In this document: positions 50,197-62,669 of the stretch, one piece after another | How the letters are laid out: every line of letters begins with the position of its first letter | Position numbering within the stretch: position 1 is the first letter of the stretch | Assembly (NCBI GenBank): GCA_001244265.2 | Contig: CDLV01000006.1 | Location: 2,728,001 to 2,792,000, forward strand | DNA length: 64,000 nt | Direction of reading: 5' to 3' | From: Microbotryum violaceum | Taxonomy: Eukaryota | Made by a program: the position numbers and the translations under genes | Notes under the pieces: generated by a model | Seen by the model: only the letters and a program-made list of their open reading frames with translations | Told to the model about the DNA's origin: nothing | Databases searched by the model: none

Positions 50197-50512
50197 GAAG
50201 ATGCCGTCTGGGGTGTGAAGGTGAAGAGAAAGGAGTTTAAAAGAGCGTGGGTGAGTCGAGCTTAAAGCCCTTGTTGTGGAGGATGAGATGTGAGGAAGAG
50301 AAAGGAAAGAGGGAGCAAAATCCTGCTCGAAGAGTGGATCACTCTGGCTCTGCTGTCACGCGTCACAAGCGAGCTCGGGCGAGGGGCGGACTACCGGCTT
50401 CCGACGCTCGGCGGCAGCAATTTCATAGCGCAGAGCTAATCTCGCCTGTCTCATTCGCAAGGTAAGTCTCACTTTTTTTCCGCCCTTCAAGGAGGAGTCA
50501 AATGAGACCGGT

Positions 50513-50632
50513 CTCAAGACACCGAACCTCAAGACACCGAACCTCAAGACACCGAACCTCAAGACACCGAACCTCAAGACACCGAACCTCAAGACACCGA
50601 ACCTCAAGACACCGAACCTCAAGACACCGAAC
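50513..50632. repeat. Minisatellite (ctcaagacaccgaac) x8
   Basis: Eight perfect 15-bp units; the first overlaps the palindrome tgagaccggtctca. Confidence 0.97.
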
Positions 50633-51659
50633 CAGGACGGTGTGTTTTAAGCGTTGTGAGTGATCGACACCGTAACCCGCCAAGCGGCGGGTGAGACCAG
50701 CGGCTCCACCCCGGCGCTTTGCCAGCTCTGAAATCATCACATCGTCGCACTCATTTCGTACTAACATCGCCCACAGACCCATGCATGATGATCACTGGAA
50801 CACATGACGTGTGCCTAACAATGAATAGTGCAAAACGCTGCCCCGCACTCAAACCACCATCATTGAGTCATCGAGTTGAAGCCGAGTCCGGCAGCTGATT
50901 CACTAGCGTGGTCGCTCGGGTCTGCCTTGTCTCAAGATCTCAGGCCCTCGGCTCGTGGCGGCGGGCGCTCGGGTCGTCTGTCACTCAATGCCCCCGCGAA
51001 TGGAATTTTGCCGCTACCCCAGTCTCGACTCAATTCAAGGTATGAAAAAGACTTCGTGTAGTGGGTGACTTCCTGTTTTCCAACGAATGAGACAAATAAC
51101 TGCTCATTGCCCTGTCGCCTTTTCCCACGCAAGAAAAGGCAAAGATATTCCTAGGTAGGGCAAGAACTCGCGCTTGATTGATATCGTGGCCACGCCGGTG
51201 CCGCTCCACATCATCGTGCGAGCTCTCGTCGAGAGTGCAAAACACACCGCTTTACCCTAAACAGTTACCCTAACTAGTAAAAAAAAAGTGTGAGTTAAGG
51301 AATGTACCTAAAATCGCTGTTTTTAACTAGGTTGCGGCCCTCCAGGCCGCCTTTGGTGGATCTACCAGCATACTGTTGTGTCTGCCGCACCTGCCTGTGG
51401 TGTCCATGTTCCGACCAGAAGTCATGTACAAGTCCTGTGGTGACTTTTGTATTTTCAGCGCCGTTCCAACGAAGCTACAGCACTCCCAGTATTTTCCTTC
51501 TTTTTTTCGCTCACATAAAACAATGCTTCCACTCATATTGCATTTAATGAACCGCAAGCGCGTGGCTTTGCATGATATTGCTTCTACAGCAGAGCTCTGC
51601 CTGACGTGCGAGGCGAGGGCTGGCGTTTGTCACGTGATGCGGTGCGCCGGCGGTGGAGT

Positions 51660-53884
51660 GTCATTCCGGCAGTCGACCAGCGGCACTAGGGGCTGAACAA
51701 CCAATTTGCCCGTATGGCATTCGACCAGCGGCATTAGGGGCTGAACAACAAATCAAACCACGTAAATAATCCTGCGCCACTCCCTCGAACCTTTCCTTTC
51801 TCCCTCTCACTCTCATCCAATTTTGGTGACACTCATTCAAGAACAAACCCTCGCTGCTATGTCCCGGTCCCAAGGTCGCCAGGGACTCAGGGAGGGCCAT
51901 CGCAACCTCGCCAAGTCTTGGGCGCGAGGGTAGCGCCGTACCATGGGCTGCCATGGGCCTGCTCGAGCGCCCGCTGCTGGGCGCCCCGCGGCTCGACCCT
52001 CCTCTTCGTCCCGCTCCGATCAACAGAATCAGCCCCCCGCGCGTCATGACAACAATGCAACCGATCTTGGCATTGCGACACGTATACGAGCCCGCCGTGC
52101 AGCTGTGCAGAACGGACAGCGTGGTCAGCGCGATGGCCAACTCGACGCTGGGCTCGCCCCACCAACCACCTCCGCAAAGGCGAGTGCGCCGGGCTCGAAT
52201 CGCGCTCAAACCCCTCAAGCCCCACGTTTTCGCAGGGCAAGGTGCAGCTACCTCCCCCTCCCCAGCCCAATCTCGAGTATCGGCAGCTTCTTCAAGGCTC
52301 GGATAGCGGTCAGTTGCTCCGTCCAACAACCGTCGTCTGCAGTAGACCCACATGCTGAACTGTGCAAGAATGTTCCCACGCACACAGAAGCTATAGCATT
52401 GCGCGAGAACGCCCGGTCGTACAACAACGCGTTGTCGTTGACTCTGCTCGCTGCTCACTTTGACCAGACTCGACTGGGCATTCTAGGACCTCCCGTGTTT
52501 CGTGTGTTCGGCCGCCTCTATGATCGACTCGGTGCCCTGATCCCTGCCGTGAATCAACGCCCAGCCTTTGCCCAGACATGGCTGATCGACCCGGCCGAGG
52601 CCACCGACACACGACTTCAAGGACCCGACAGCACAGAGACTCGCATACAAAGATCAACGCTGACCAAGCTACAGTCCATGTTGCGCACTGGCAATCGCTT
52701 TGTGAGGGAGTTCGCATCGGCCAAAGCCCGCGCGGGTTGGGATACAGCCAAAGAGTGGGTCCTGCGCCTCTGTCTACCACCTGGCCGAGACCGACGCACC
52801 CACAACCTTCCTACGTCAAGCACGGAAATGGCGATGCTTATCTGCGATTCCGACACCAACACGGGAGATCGTGGACCTCAAGACCTTATTCTCCAGGTGC
52901 ACGGTGATCGATGTCCCAATGGTCGGCCCAAGTACCAAATCGTTAGCTCGCTCCATCCGTCTGCGATGCCTCTCCGGTAGCCACTACTATTTCCTGCAGG
53001 GGAAGATGGCTTCCACCCCAACATTCCTCCTTGCGGGTTCCACCAAGCTGGGCCGCCGATCGCCAGAAACCGAGAGCAGATCGACAATGGTGTCCAATTG
53101 CGCGAGGTACTTGCCGGTCTCAGTCTTGATGACGGAGGCGAAGAGGAGGACGAAGACCGCGACGATGAGGATGAAGACGGCGAGGAAGGGGACGAAGAGG
53201 ATGGTGATGGCGAACGTACGCTTCTTCAGCTCTTTCTCTGATGTTTCATTCTGTCTAAGGCGCAAGCACAGACTGACATTGAACTTTTGAACACCTAGGA
53301 CGAAGGTCAAGTAAAGGGGTCGAGGTGGCGAGTCTCGCGTTCACCATTCTTTGCGCACTACTTGCCAAACGCGACGAGTACTTCTCAATCCCGCATTGCA
53401 CCCAACGTCCCATCCTGGAGTTTGTGATTTACGGATATCCTCCCAAGTCGAGACCGATCGACTCAACACATCCGATTGCATCAAGAGAACCTACGCCTCA
53501 CCACGACCCAAGGCATCAACGGCTTGACCCCGAACCAAATCGCGACATCACGCAGCGATACCAGGATGCGATGGCGTGTGTTGTCAAAGAGGAAAAGCCT
53601 CCGCTGCTGATCACGATGAAGTACGACCCCGACTCACCGGAAACCAAGGCTGCACTGGGGCCGATAGCGCATGCAACCGTCCGGATCTCATCGCACGAGT
53701 GTTTGAAGCCAAGTCCGGCAACAAGCGACACGCAGGCTGTTTCGGCGATGAATGTAAGATGAATAGATTTTGTTTCTTTGCTGTACTTCGTGTTTAACCT
53801 CTGCGCTAATATCATGTAGACTGTTCGATTATCCTGCTATTTTTTGAATTTCATCCTCCGTTAATTTAACGGGTTCCCACTGGT
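51660..53884 (+). mobile_element. Helitron, internally deleted, second copy of the same family
   Basis: ORF 51943-52980: RENARSYNNALSLT...GPPVFRVFGRLYDRLGALIP...FAQTWLIDP...SLHPSAMPLR*, later QRYQDAMACVVK. Collinear with 40444-42234 from ~51985. Left boundary uncertain. Confidence 0.9.
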
Positions 53885-54266
53885 TGTGTAATATGATATT
53901 TAGTGTAAAACGAATGGGGAATATCTCAACATCCCCCCCTTACGACAAGTAAGGGTGTTGCGCAGTGTGTATGAACTCCCCTTTCTTGCCCGATATCGAA
54001 AAAAATGTTACGCCTGGCTGCGCTTCTGTAAGCTCACGAAGGGGAGGAGCGGGCAAGACAACCTATATTCTTGCGGGAACGTCGATGAATGACAAAACGC
54101 TATTTCGGATCAGAAGCAGTGATAAGAAGAATCCAAATAATTTGACTGGGCCATTCGACCAATACGGAGGACTCAGGGGTGGAGCGGTCAAAGGAAGTTT
54201 CACATCTTCATTAGAAGCCAGGAGAAGGAACAAATCATCGAAATTTTCATTGCAAGAAACGGTACC

Positions 54267-54378
54267 ACTCAGAAGAAAAGACTCAGAAGAAAAGACTCAG
54301 AAGAAAAGACTCAGAAGAAAAGACTCAGAAGAAAAGACTCAGAAGAAAAGATAGGGAATAAAAGATAGGGAATAAAAG
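54267..54378. repeat. Minisatellite (actcagaagaaaag) x6 plus (atagggaataaaag) x2
   Basis: Perfect 14-bp units immediately 3' of Cys-rich gene copy 2. Confidence 0.95.
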
Positions 54379-54427
54379 CGCAGTCATGAGAAAGGAATGA
54401 GCGGGAAGGGAAAACTACGCTCAACGA

Positions 54428-56143
54428 TCAGTGCTTGCGGGCCGGGTGAGAGCGGCGAAGACGGGCCGAGGCGGACGGGCTGTAGCGTGCAGACGAGCCG
54501 ACGAAGTCAGATCTCAGGTTTTCAGGGGAAGACGAAGGGAAGATACGGAGCTCAACTTACCAAACCGACTTGTTGTAGCAAGCCTTGACGGCGACCTTCT
54601 CGGGGCACTTGTCGGTGAAGTCGGAGCATTGGCCGGCAACACCGTGGACGACTCCGGGCGAGTACTGGAAGCCGTCGAATCCACCACCACCAATCTGGAT
54701 ACCGCATTGGTTGCCATCCCAGAAGTCAAACGAGGCGCAGTTCTTGCTCAAGCAGTAGGCGGCGCAGGCATCGATCGAGGCGACCGTGACGGCGGGTTCA
54801 CCGTCAGCCGTCGACTGAAAGTCGTCGTAGAACGCGACCGACTTCTTCTTCGTGCAGGTGGCGCTGCGTGAACGGACAAGCAATTGCAGAGGTCAGTTTT
54901 ACTGCAACGGGAACAGCTACCAGCGCGTCAAAGGAAGATGTCAATGAAAGACTTACGGAACAGCCACACAGCTGCCGTCGACGTTCTTGTAGCCAGAGTT
55001 GCACTTCAAGTCGCACTTGTTGTCCGTGCAGATAGGGGTGCCGTTGCCGTTGGGGCAGCTGGGGCACTTGGTGACATCGCAGGTAGGAGTATCGGCAACG
55101 CACTCGCCATCGACCTCGCTAAAGCCCGAGTTGCAGTTAAAGTCGCAGTCACCAGAGCTCGTGCAGATCGACTGCGAGTTGGCGACGACGGGGCACTTGG
55201 TTGGATCGCAGACGGGGACGCACTTGCCGTCGACCTTGTTGAAGCCCGAGTTGCAGTTGAAGTCGCAGGTTCCTGAGCTCGTGCAGACTGACTGCGAGTT
55301 GGCGACGACGGGGCACTTGGTGACGTCGCAGATGGAAACGCACTTGCCGTCGACTTTGTTGAAGCCCGAGTTGCAATTCAAGTCGCACTTGCCAGCGCTG
55401 TTGCAGATAGGGGTGCCGTTGCCGTTGGGGCAGCTGGGGCACTTGGTGACATCGCAGGTAGGGGTATCGGGAACGCACTTGCCGTCGACCTTGTTGAAAC
55501 CCGAGTTGCAGTTAAAGTCGCACGACTGGTCGTCCTTGCACACCGGGCTGGCGTTGGCGACGACGGGGCACTTGTTGGCGTTACAGGCGGGAACGCACTT
55601 GCCGTTGACTTTGCTGAAGCCTGACTTGCAGTTGAAGTCGCACGACTGGTCGTCCTTGCACACCGGGGTGGCGTTGGCGACAGCCGGGCACAACAACGGC
55701 TTGCAGCTGGAAAAAGGGTGAAAATGCACACCGCGCGCGCCAAAGTATCAGCCATCATGGGCTTGAAGGGGAGTAGACGCCGAGACGCAAACAGATACTC
55801 ACGGCTTCACGCAAGACGAGCCGATCTTGATGGTGCCGCTGAGGCACTGGAAGTCGCACTGGTCGTTGGTGCAGAGCGGTAGCGAGTAAGAAGGTTTCGG
55901 GCAGTTGAGGGGGTTGCACGGCGGCGTCGTCGGACATTTTTGGATCCAGAAGGTTCGCTTGCGAAGACAGAAGGTACGCTTTTCGAGTGACTCGACATCG
56001 TCGCGCTTCCAAAGCTTGCCGTTGCAGCAGTACTTGAAGAGGTTGCGCTTCTCGACGGCCATCTCGTCCGCGGTCAGCGCCGAGGCCGAGACGAAGGAAG
56101 TGAGCGCGGGCGCCGCGGCAATGAGGAAAGTGAAGAGTTGCAT
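54428..56143 (-). CDS. Secreted cysteine-rich repeat protein, copy 2 (4 exons, 7 Cys modules plus C-terminal Cys domain)
   Basis: Near-identical to copy 1 in exons 1-3 but exon 2 has two additional modules; last exon CPSASARLRRSHPARKH*. Confidence 0.9.
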
Positions 56144-56968
56144 GTCTTTCGATGCGAGTAGATAAGTATATAGAAATGAGTGTGGTAAGGCTCAGACTAG
56201 CTGAAATCCTGTGTGCCGGAGAACTGGAGGTGGAGTGGGAAGTGGTGAAGAGGAGGAAAAGAAGAGTGCGGAGAAGAGTTCTCGATTAAGTACAGAGCTG
56301 CTTTGGCAAGGGACTGCAAGGGATTTCCGCCTGCCAAGAGTTTAGTTTGCCGAATGATGGGATGTGAAATAGTTGCACGCTCAAGAAGCATCCCAAAAAT
56401 ACACGGGGTCAAGTCGTTAGCCACGCCTCGTGCATGACGGTAGTGGGGAATGAAACTTGCCGAGACAGGAGGGCTTCTCGCTCCGCGAACCCAGCGCGAG
56501 CGCCAACACCCATAGTAAGTGTCTCAACGCTACGCTCGACCCCTCTGTCTCCGAAAAACAGAAACAGGCGTTTTTCAGGTTTGCGGAGATGCTTATGCGC
56601 CAGCTCAGCCTCGATGACCGGCCATGAGATTATCCCGGCAATCTGGCGGCTCTTGAGAAATGTGTCGGATTGAAATTTGGGCTGCCGAGCGCGCAAGCGC
56701 CCGCCGCTACCCCGTGGATTAAATTACGAAGTGTCTCAGACTTGATCCCGACCCGCTGTTCCGGATCCCGTCCTCGGCAGCGGTCACTGCTCGATCGATC
56801 CTTTGAGCACACAAGCCTCTGAGTTGAGAGATCGACGCCGAGCACTGGCCCCTGATTGCCTAAGTGATGTAGTTGGAACCTCTCCCGTGTTCCGGGTCCG
56901 ACTCGGTTCCCGGGCCGCGGATTTTGCGGAAGCGACTTTTAACAAGGCGCCTCTTCCAGGCCTCACTT

Positions 56969-57112
56969 TGTAAGGTGTGCGCCTCTGATGTGCATGAAAT
57001 ACAATATGTCGTTCTTGACCGCTAGGCTAAAAGCAAGTCGTAACTAGAACTCGACAGTTCTAGCTACTCAGAGGCTACTTATAGGGCTGTTTCTGTAAGG
57101 CATCCCCTTACA
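56969..57112. mobile_element. Second solo-LTR-like element (inverted relative to 42307-42430)
   Basis: TGTAAG...CTTACA termini; flanks cactt/cactc (TSD with one mismatch); shares cagccctataagtagcctctgagtagctagaactg with the first copy. Confidence 0.82.
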
Positions 57113-58179
57113 CACTCTGCTTCCACTGCTTTTGCGATCGAGAAATCCCCCTTATCGTACATAATTACAAGCAAGGTCGATCTAAAGTTCGCTTCTGTGA
57201 TCGTATTGGTTCGGCGGGCTTTTGAGGAGGCACTAGCAAGGGGAGGGCATCATGATGGGTGTCTGCGAGCCCACTCGATCGGAGCCCACTGGGAAGCGCG
57301 TAGTCACTACTCGGCAGGCCTGAGGCCTGAGATCCTGAGCTAGCCGCCTCAGCGCCTGAGAGGGCGAGTGATTGATCTCCGCGGAGCGGGGCTCGCCAAA
57401 GTGCCGCCGCCGCCCGTGAGCGCTAGGGCCTGTGGCGCCTGTGATGGAGGGTGTCTCAGCTCGAGCCCCTCAAGGCGGGTCAAGCTCTCGAGGAACAAGC
57501 GTTCGGCCAGCTTTCCCCCGACAACGTTTCGTAGCCCCCCACAGCCCCAATGGTTTCATGTGGTCGCTTGAATTCGAGCTTGTGCTAGCACTACTTCAGC
57601 GACTAATCACTGACTCCTTCACCATAATTTTCGGTCCCGGAAGTCGGCAAGGTGAGAGTGATTCTTGTCCGGGCAACCGGCTTTTTTGGAAACCTTAGCG
57701 GTAATGATTTTGAGTCGCTGGCCCGGCCTTTTTTTAGTCCACGTTTTTCTGAGGGAGAAAATGAGAAGATTCAAGGCGTGTGCACTATAAAAGAGCTAAC
57801 CAATGGAGTAGAGTACGAGTGTAGCGTTTTGCACACGTTCCACCTCGACCGGAAATCCTACCAGTACCAGGCCCGCCGACGCTCCCCCCCCCGCCGGCGA
57901 ATTCTTTTGGGTAAGGACTCGCAAGGATCGGTCGGATGGTGGTTCAGTGGTGGGTTCAGCTGTGATGTGCTCGGGAGTTCGTTGGATGTTTCAATGGGCT
58001 TAAAGAGGTACAAAGTATGCGAACGAGCTCCGTGGGAACGAGCTCAGCCCCTGTGCGACGCAGCACTTCACGCGCGGCGCTCGTACTTCTTTTCGTTCCT
58101 CATGATCCCGCGTCCGAGATTACCGCCTTATATAACATTGTTCATCGAACCCTCACCCATTCCACAATGTGATAATCCC

Positions 58180-58632
58180 CTACGGCCTCGGCCAAACCGT
58201 CCCATCATCCCCTCCCATACCTCCCCCACCACCAAACGCATTCCCCTTCCTCCCCTTCCTCTCCGGTTCAGGCAACTCATAATAACCCGTCCTCGCACTC
58301 CGATCAATAATCTCCCCATCATCATCACTCTCACTCTCCTCCTCCTCATCTTCCTCCTCCTCGTGTTCCCGACCCAACCCCTCAGCACCTTCAGGTCCCT
58401 GCTGCCCAAGTTTAAGGTCACCCATCAACCTCTGTAACGAACTCTTCTTCTCCTTCTCCGAAACGATTTCTCGTTCACGCAAGGTCTTGTTAAGTTCGGG
58501 TAGGTATTCTTCAATGTATTCTTGACGAGCTCGTTGAACCGCGTCAAAGAATTCGGGTATACCTTCACCGGTCATCGCTGAGACTCCTACGGCCTGTGTG
58601 AAGGAAGGTGTTTAGTTGAGATTTCGTTTTTC

Positions 58633-58681
<49 letters not shown>

Positions 58682-59808
58682 CGTTTTTTAAGAACGTAAC
58701 GTACCCTTAAATGTTTATAAAACTCATCCAAAACCAAACTCATCGAATTCATTAAACTATCCATATAACCCCCACTTTCAGCCGCTGAACTACCTTCCCC
58801 ACCATTAGTTGACGATCGACGAGCTAGAAGGGCTTCTTGGAACGCTTCGAAATCGCGCATCCATTCAAGCGCAAAGTGGTGAGGTTCGACGTCGGTCTTG
58901 TTGAAGACGAGGATGAAGGGCAGGCGGGTTTTGTATAGGATTCTGTTTTTGGGGTGGGAATGGAGGGCAGAGGAGGAGGGGGTCAGTTGTTTTTTCTTTG
59001 CGCCAAGCTTTAGTGGTTGTATAGCTGGAAGCCGACTTACGAACACGCATACAACATGTTGCTCATGAAGGTCGCAGGGTTGGTCGTCCTCGGTGTATCG
59101 ATGATGTAAGCTACGCAGGTCGGCAAGGACGATGCCAAAGCGTCGGTGATGATCGCTCCCGAAGCGGACCAAGTGAAGATTTCAATTTGGCCTGGTGTAT
59201 CGAGCAGGACGTAACTGCATACAGTAGGGGAAACAAAGTCAGATGATCGTTCCGCACCACTCGAAAAATGGGGTGGGAAACGTACTCGACCGAACTCTTG
59301 CGCTTATCGACCAATTCCAACACCTGATCAAACTTGGTCGTGAACAGATTCAAGGCGGTCAAGATTCCCCCATTGGGACCGAGGTTGTACTGTTGCATCA
59401 CTTTTTGGTAGTCGACCGTATCGCGGATGTCGATGTTGGCTGAGAAGGGGAGATGACTGACCGCCGGGTCGAGGTTGATCAGATACGGCGGACGGGAGGT
59501 CGAGTGCAGGTAGGCGTTGAGACGTTGGAGAAGGGTCGTTTTACCTGAGCCTGTGGGGGGGGGGTAGAATATGAAGGATGAGTATATGTGTGTGTTTGTT
59601 CATGGAGGGGCGTAGGTGCGAGGTGGGGTCTCCTGTGCGGAGGAGCGTCGGGGGAGCTTCGCAAGCGGCGCTGGGCTGAACTGAACGTACCTGCCATGCC
59701 AATGACGATGATGCCCGTCGCTTTCGCATCTGCACTCGGAGCCGTGGCGGGTGTGGTGGGGGGTGTAGCTTCCTTGGCTTTGCCCTTGTCCGTTGGAGGG
59801 ACGGACAT
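58180..59808 (-). CDS. NPA3: GPN-loop GTPase 1 (multi-exon)
   Basis: [86 protein letters not shown], acidic tail. Confidence 0.96.
58634..58681. repeat. Poly(T) tract (~48 nt) in an NPA3 intron
   Basis: Uninterrupted T run, i.e. poly(A) on the gene strand. Confidence 0.95.
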
Positions 59809-60158
59809 GACGGCGAGTGGGCGAGTGGGCGAGTGGGGGGTGAGTGAGCTGAGTGGAGGGAGGCCAAAGAGTGATGATCGAGCGCGTCAAAGGCGTAAAT
59901 AGTGCGTCGGGTAATGGGCTGGCCGGAGTGCTTGGGCAGGAGTGCTTCAGACTGTTCCGAGCAAGCAAGCCGAACGGAGGCCAGTCGAAACAACTGTTGT
60001 TGACGGGCAATAGGTCCACATGATGTTGTCCAACATGAACGCTCTCCGAGTCGCACCCCCCCGTGATTCTTGGGAGCTCGCGATGAAAACTCATACAAAC
60101 TGCGCTTCATTTAGATGCACGACAAACTAGATCATGTGAAACTATATCAACTTTTCGC

Positions 60159-61214
60159 TTACTTGGTCTCCTCCTGCTTTCTTTCCTCGACCTCGGCCTC
60201 TGTCCGCTCCGACTCTGCCTCAACTGGCTCTTCCTGCTCCTGCTCCTGCACCTGCACCTGCTCCTGCTCCGGCTCCGGCTCCTGCTCCTGCTCCAAGCCC
60301 AATTTAATCTCCCCCTCCAACTCTTTTGCCAACCTCTCCACCTCCTCATCCGTACCTTCCTGCCCAACCTCCCTTCCCTCCCAATCTCCCTTCCCAACCC
60401 CACTAGCCCAACCCAATTCCCTCCTCTTAAAACTCTGCACCTTAACCCCTACCCCCCCCATCGCCTCCTTCCTCAAATAACCCAACCACATCTCCATCAC
60501 TTCTTCATTAGCATCATAAACCTCTACCCTCCTAGCATGAGTTCTTCTCCAAAAATTTTGTTGAGATTTTTTATGAGCGAAAGGTGATCTAGGTACGGTG
60601 ATTAGTTGAGTTTTTAAGGGTAGTGGATGAGGTCCTGAGGTACGTAAACCTAGCGCACGGGCTGAACGGAGAACGAATTGGGTAAAGAAGGTTAGATGGT
60701 GAAGGGAGGGGGTGTAGGAACGTAGAGTTAGGGTCGCGCAGTGAGTCGAAGAGGGGAGGACCGGGATCGGGGAAAAAGGGCTGAGAGCGTCGAGGGGTGG
60801 GTACGAGGGGAATTCGGTGGGAATTGTGGTTGTGCGAGATGGTTTTAATGAGCGTCTGGGTCTGGGTGGTGGGTTGACCAGAGGTAGGGTCAGGTGTCAG
60901 TGATTGCAGAGGAATAGGGAGGAGCAAGAGCAAGAGCGAGAAAACAGATTGGCTTACCTCGTCCAGGTCGGCTCGGACTTGGGCTTGGGTTCAGAGAGCT
61001 CCGTTGAGCTGGATGATGATGAAGAAGCCTCCAGTGTGGCAGTTGTAGAGGATGGTGGTGGTGTAGTATCACTGGGTGCACTTGCACTGGACGGCGTCGA
61101 CTCGAGCTGGCGAATCGCACTCGTCGTTGACAGCGAGGCTGCTCGGCTTGCGGTTGTCAAGAGTGTTATCCTGGCAGAGCTTGCCAATCGAATCATCCTC
61201 GTGGCTTGGAACAT
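60159..61214 (-). CDS. RSM10: Mitochondrial ribosomal protein uS10m (multi-exon)
   Basis: Presequence-like MFQATRMIRLASSAR; RSPFAHKKSQQNFWRRTHARRVEVYDANEEVMEMWLGYLRKEAMGGVGVK (S10 motif); acidic tail. Confidence 0.9.
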
Positions 61215-61400
61215 GACGCCGTTTGAGCAGCGTGCCGGATAAGAGGGGGAAAGAGGGAGAGAGCGGCGTAGAAAACTGGGCGGGCCCCCCAAGTCTTTTC
61301 GCGCTTTCTTGGCCAAGTTTCGTTCCCCGCTCCACTTTCTCACCTACTCTCCTCCCCTTTGCCCTTTCCCCTTTCCCCTTTCCCCTTTCCCCTTTCCCCG

Positions 61401-61442
61401 CCCTAGCCCTAGCCCTAGCCCTAGCCCTAGCCCTAGCCCTAG
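61401..61442. repeat. (CCCTAG)x7 microsatellite preceded by CCCTTT(C) repeats
   Basis: Seven perfect hexamers between the divergent RSM10 and YAF9 starts. Confidence 0.95.
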
Positions 61443-61483
61443 CAACACCCCCTCCCCGTCCGACCGCGTTTCCCCATTGAACC

Positions 61484-62669
61484 ATGTCCCACAAACGATT
61501 ACGCGGTGTATCAGTCTACCGTCCTCTGATTTACGGCAACACGGCCGTCCTTCTCGAACCTGACGAACGCGTCGATACGGACCATACTCATCGATGGACC
61601 GTAGCCGTCAGATCCGCGAATTCACCTACTACACCGAGTAAAGATCCGGCGAATCAGGTTGGGAATGGGGATGATATTGGGTAGGTCCTAAATTCCAATT
61701 TCGGGAGGGAGGGTGGGCTGAATTGGAGTCCAGTCAACGGGTAGCTCAGCTGATCCTGAGTGGGATCGTTGATGGGATTAGGTACTTTGTTAAAAAAGTT
61801 ACTTTCAAATTACACGAGACGTACGCACAACCTTTACGAAGTAAGACTCACTCCGACCCCGAAACGAAAAAAAATCCCCAACACACCCACCCCGCACTAA
61901 AACACCTAAAACACCGCTTTTCCCTCCCCCCTACAGCGCTCGAACGACCACCCTTTCAAGTAACCGAAACAGGTTGGGGTGAATTCGACATCATCATCAA
62001 GATCTTTTTCGTCCATGAAGCAGCGGAGAAACCGATCAGTTTTACGCATCATCTCAAATTACACCCTTGGCCTATCGAACCCTTGTTATTAAAACAACCT
62101 GCTCAAATCGCTATGGCCTCCGCACCTACCACGGGAATGGGTGGAGTGACTACACCTTCTACCACTTCAGGAACAACGGTATTATCGATCGAACAAGTTA
62201 CGACGGATTTAATCGAAGCTTCGGATCAAATTAAAGTTGACCCACCGAGTTTGGTGCTTTCACCCGTTCATTCATGGCAATACGAACAAGTCGTTTTCGT
62301 TGAACCGACGGAAGCTTTTTATTCACTCTTACTGGCGAACGCTCAAACTCCTTTACCGAAGAGTAATCGACATCCGAAATTGTTGGTACATCAGCTGGGG
62401 GGGGGTGGACATTTTGGGGAGTTTACTTTGGATATGGAGAGGGAGGAAGGGGAGAGGTTGGACGAGGCGAGGAGAAAGACGATGGTGGAGATTGACGCGC
62501 TTAGGAAGAGGCTCGTAGGCGGGGAAAAGGAGTTGTTGGGTGAGTTGGAGTTGGCCGCCGAAATACTGGACCATTTGGGATCTCGAGAGATTGACAAGGA
62601 TGCGGTTTGCTCCCAACAGCGATCAAGCAACAGGTTGAACAACTCTCGGCACCGGGCCTCACCGCGTGA
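61484..62669 (+). CDS. YAF9: YEATS-domain protein Yaf9/AF9 homolog (multi-exon)
   Basis: KRLRGVSVYRPLIYGNTA, DHTHRWTVAVR, YFVKKVTFKLHETYAQPLR, PPFQVTETGWGEFDIIIKIFF, HHLKLHPW, VHSWQYEQVVFVEP, C-terminal coiled coil. Confidence 0.96.

Noticed and set aside
50513-50632. CRISPR-like array
   Set aside because: Units are contiguous with no spacers, there are no cas genes, and the context is eukaryotic; it is a minisatellite. The same applies to 54267-54378.
49292-55721. Plus-strand repeat ORFs (LKPELQLKSH...)
   Set aside because: Antisense frames of the Cys-rich exons; the signal peptide and splice sites are on the minus strand.
57652-58437. 261-aa plus-strand ORF
   Set aside because: Non-ATG start; the second half is antisense to the NPA3 acidic tail; no motifs.
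58612-58700. Poly-lysine coding segment or retroposed poly(A) tail
   Set aside because: Lies within an NPA3 intron; no TSD or SINE/LINE body seen.
61401-61442. True telomere or chromosome-fusion scar
   Set aside because: Only seven variant units (CTAGGG, not TTAGGG) between intact housekeeping genes.
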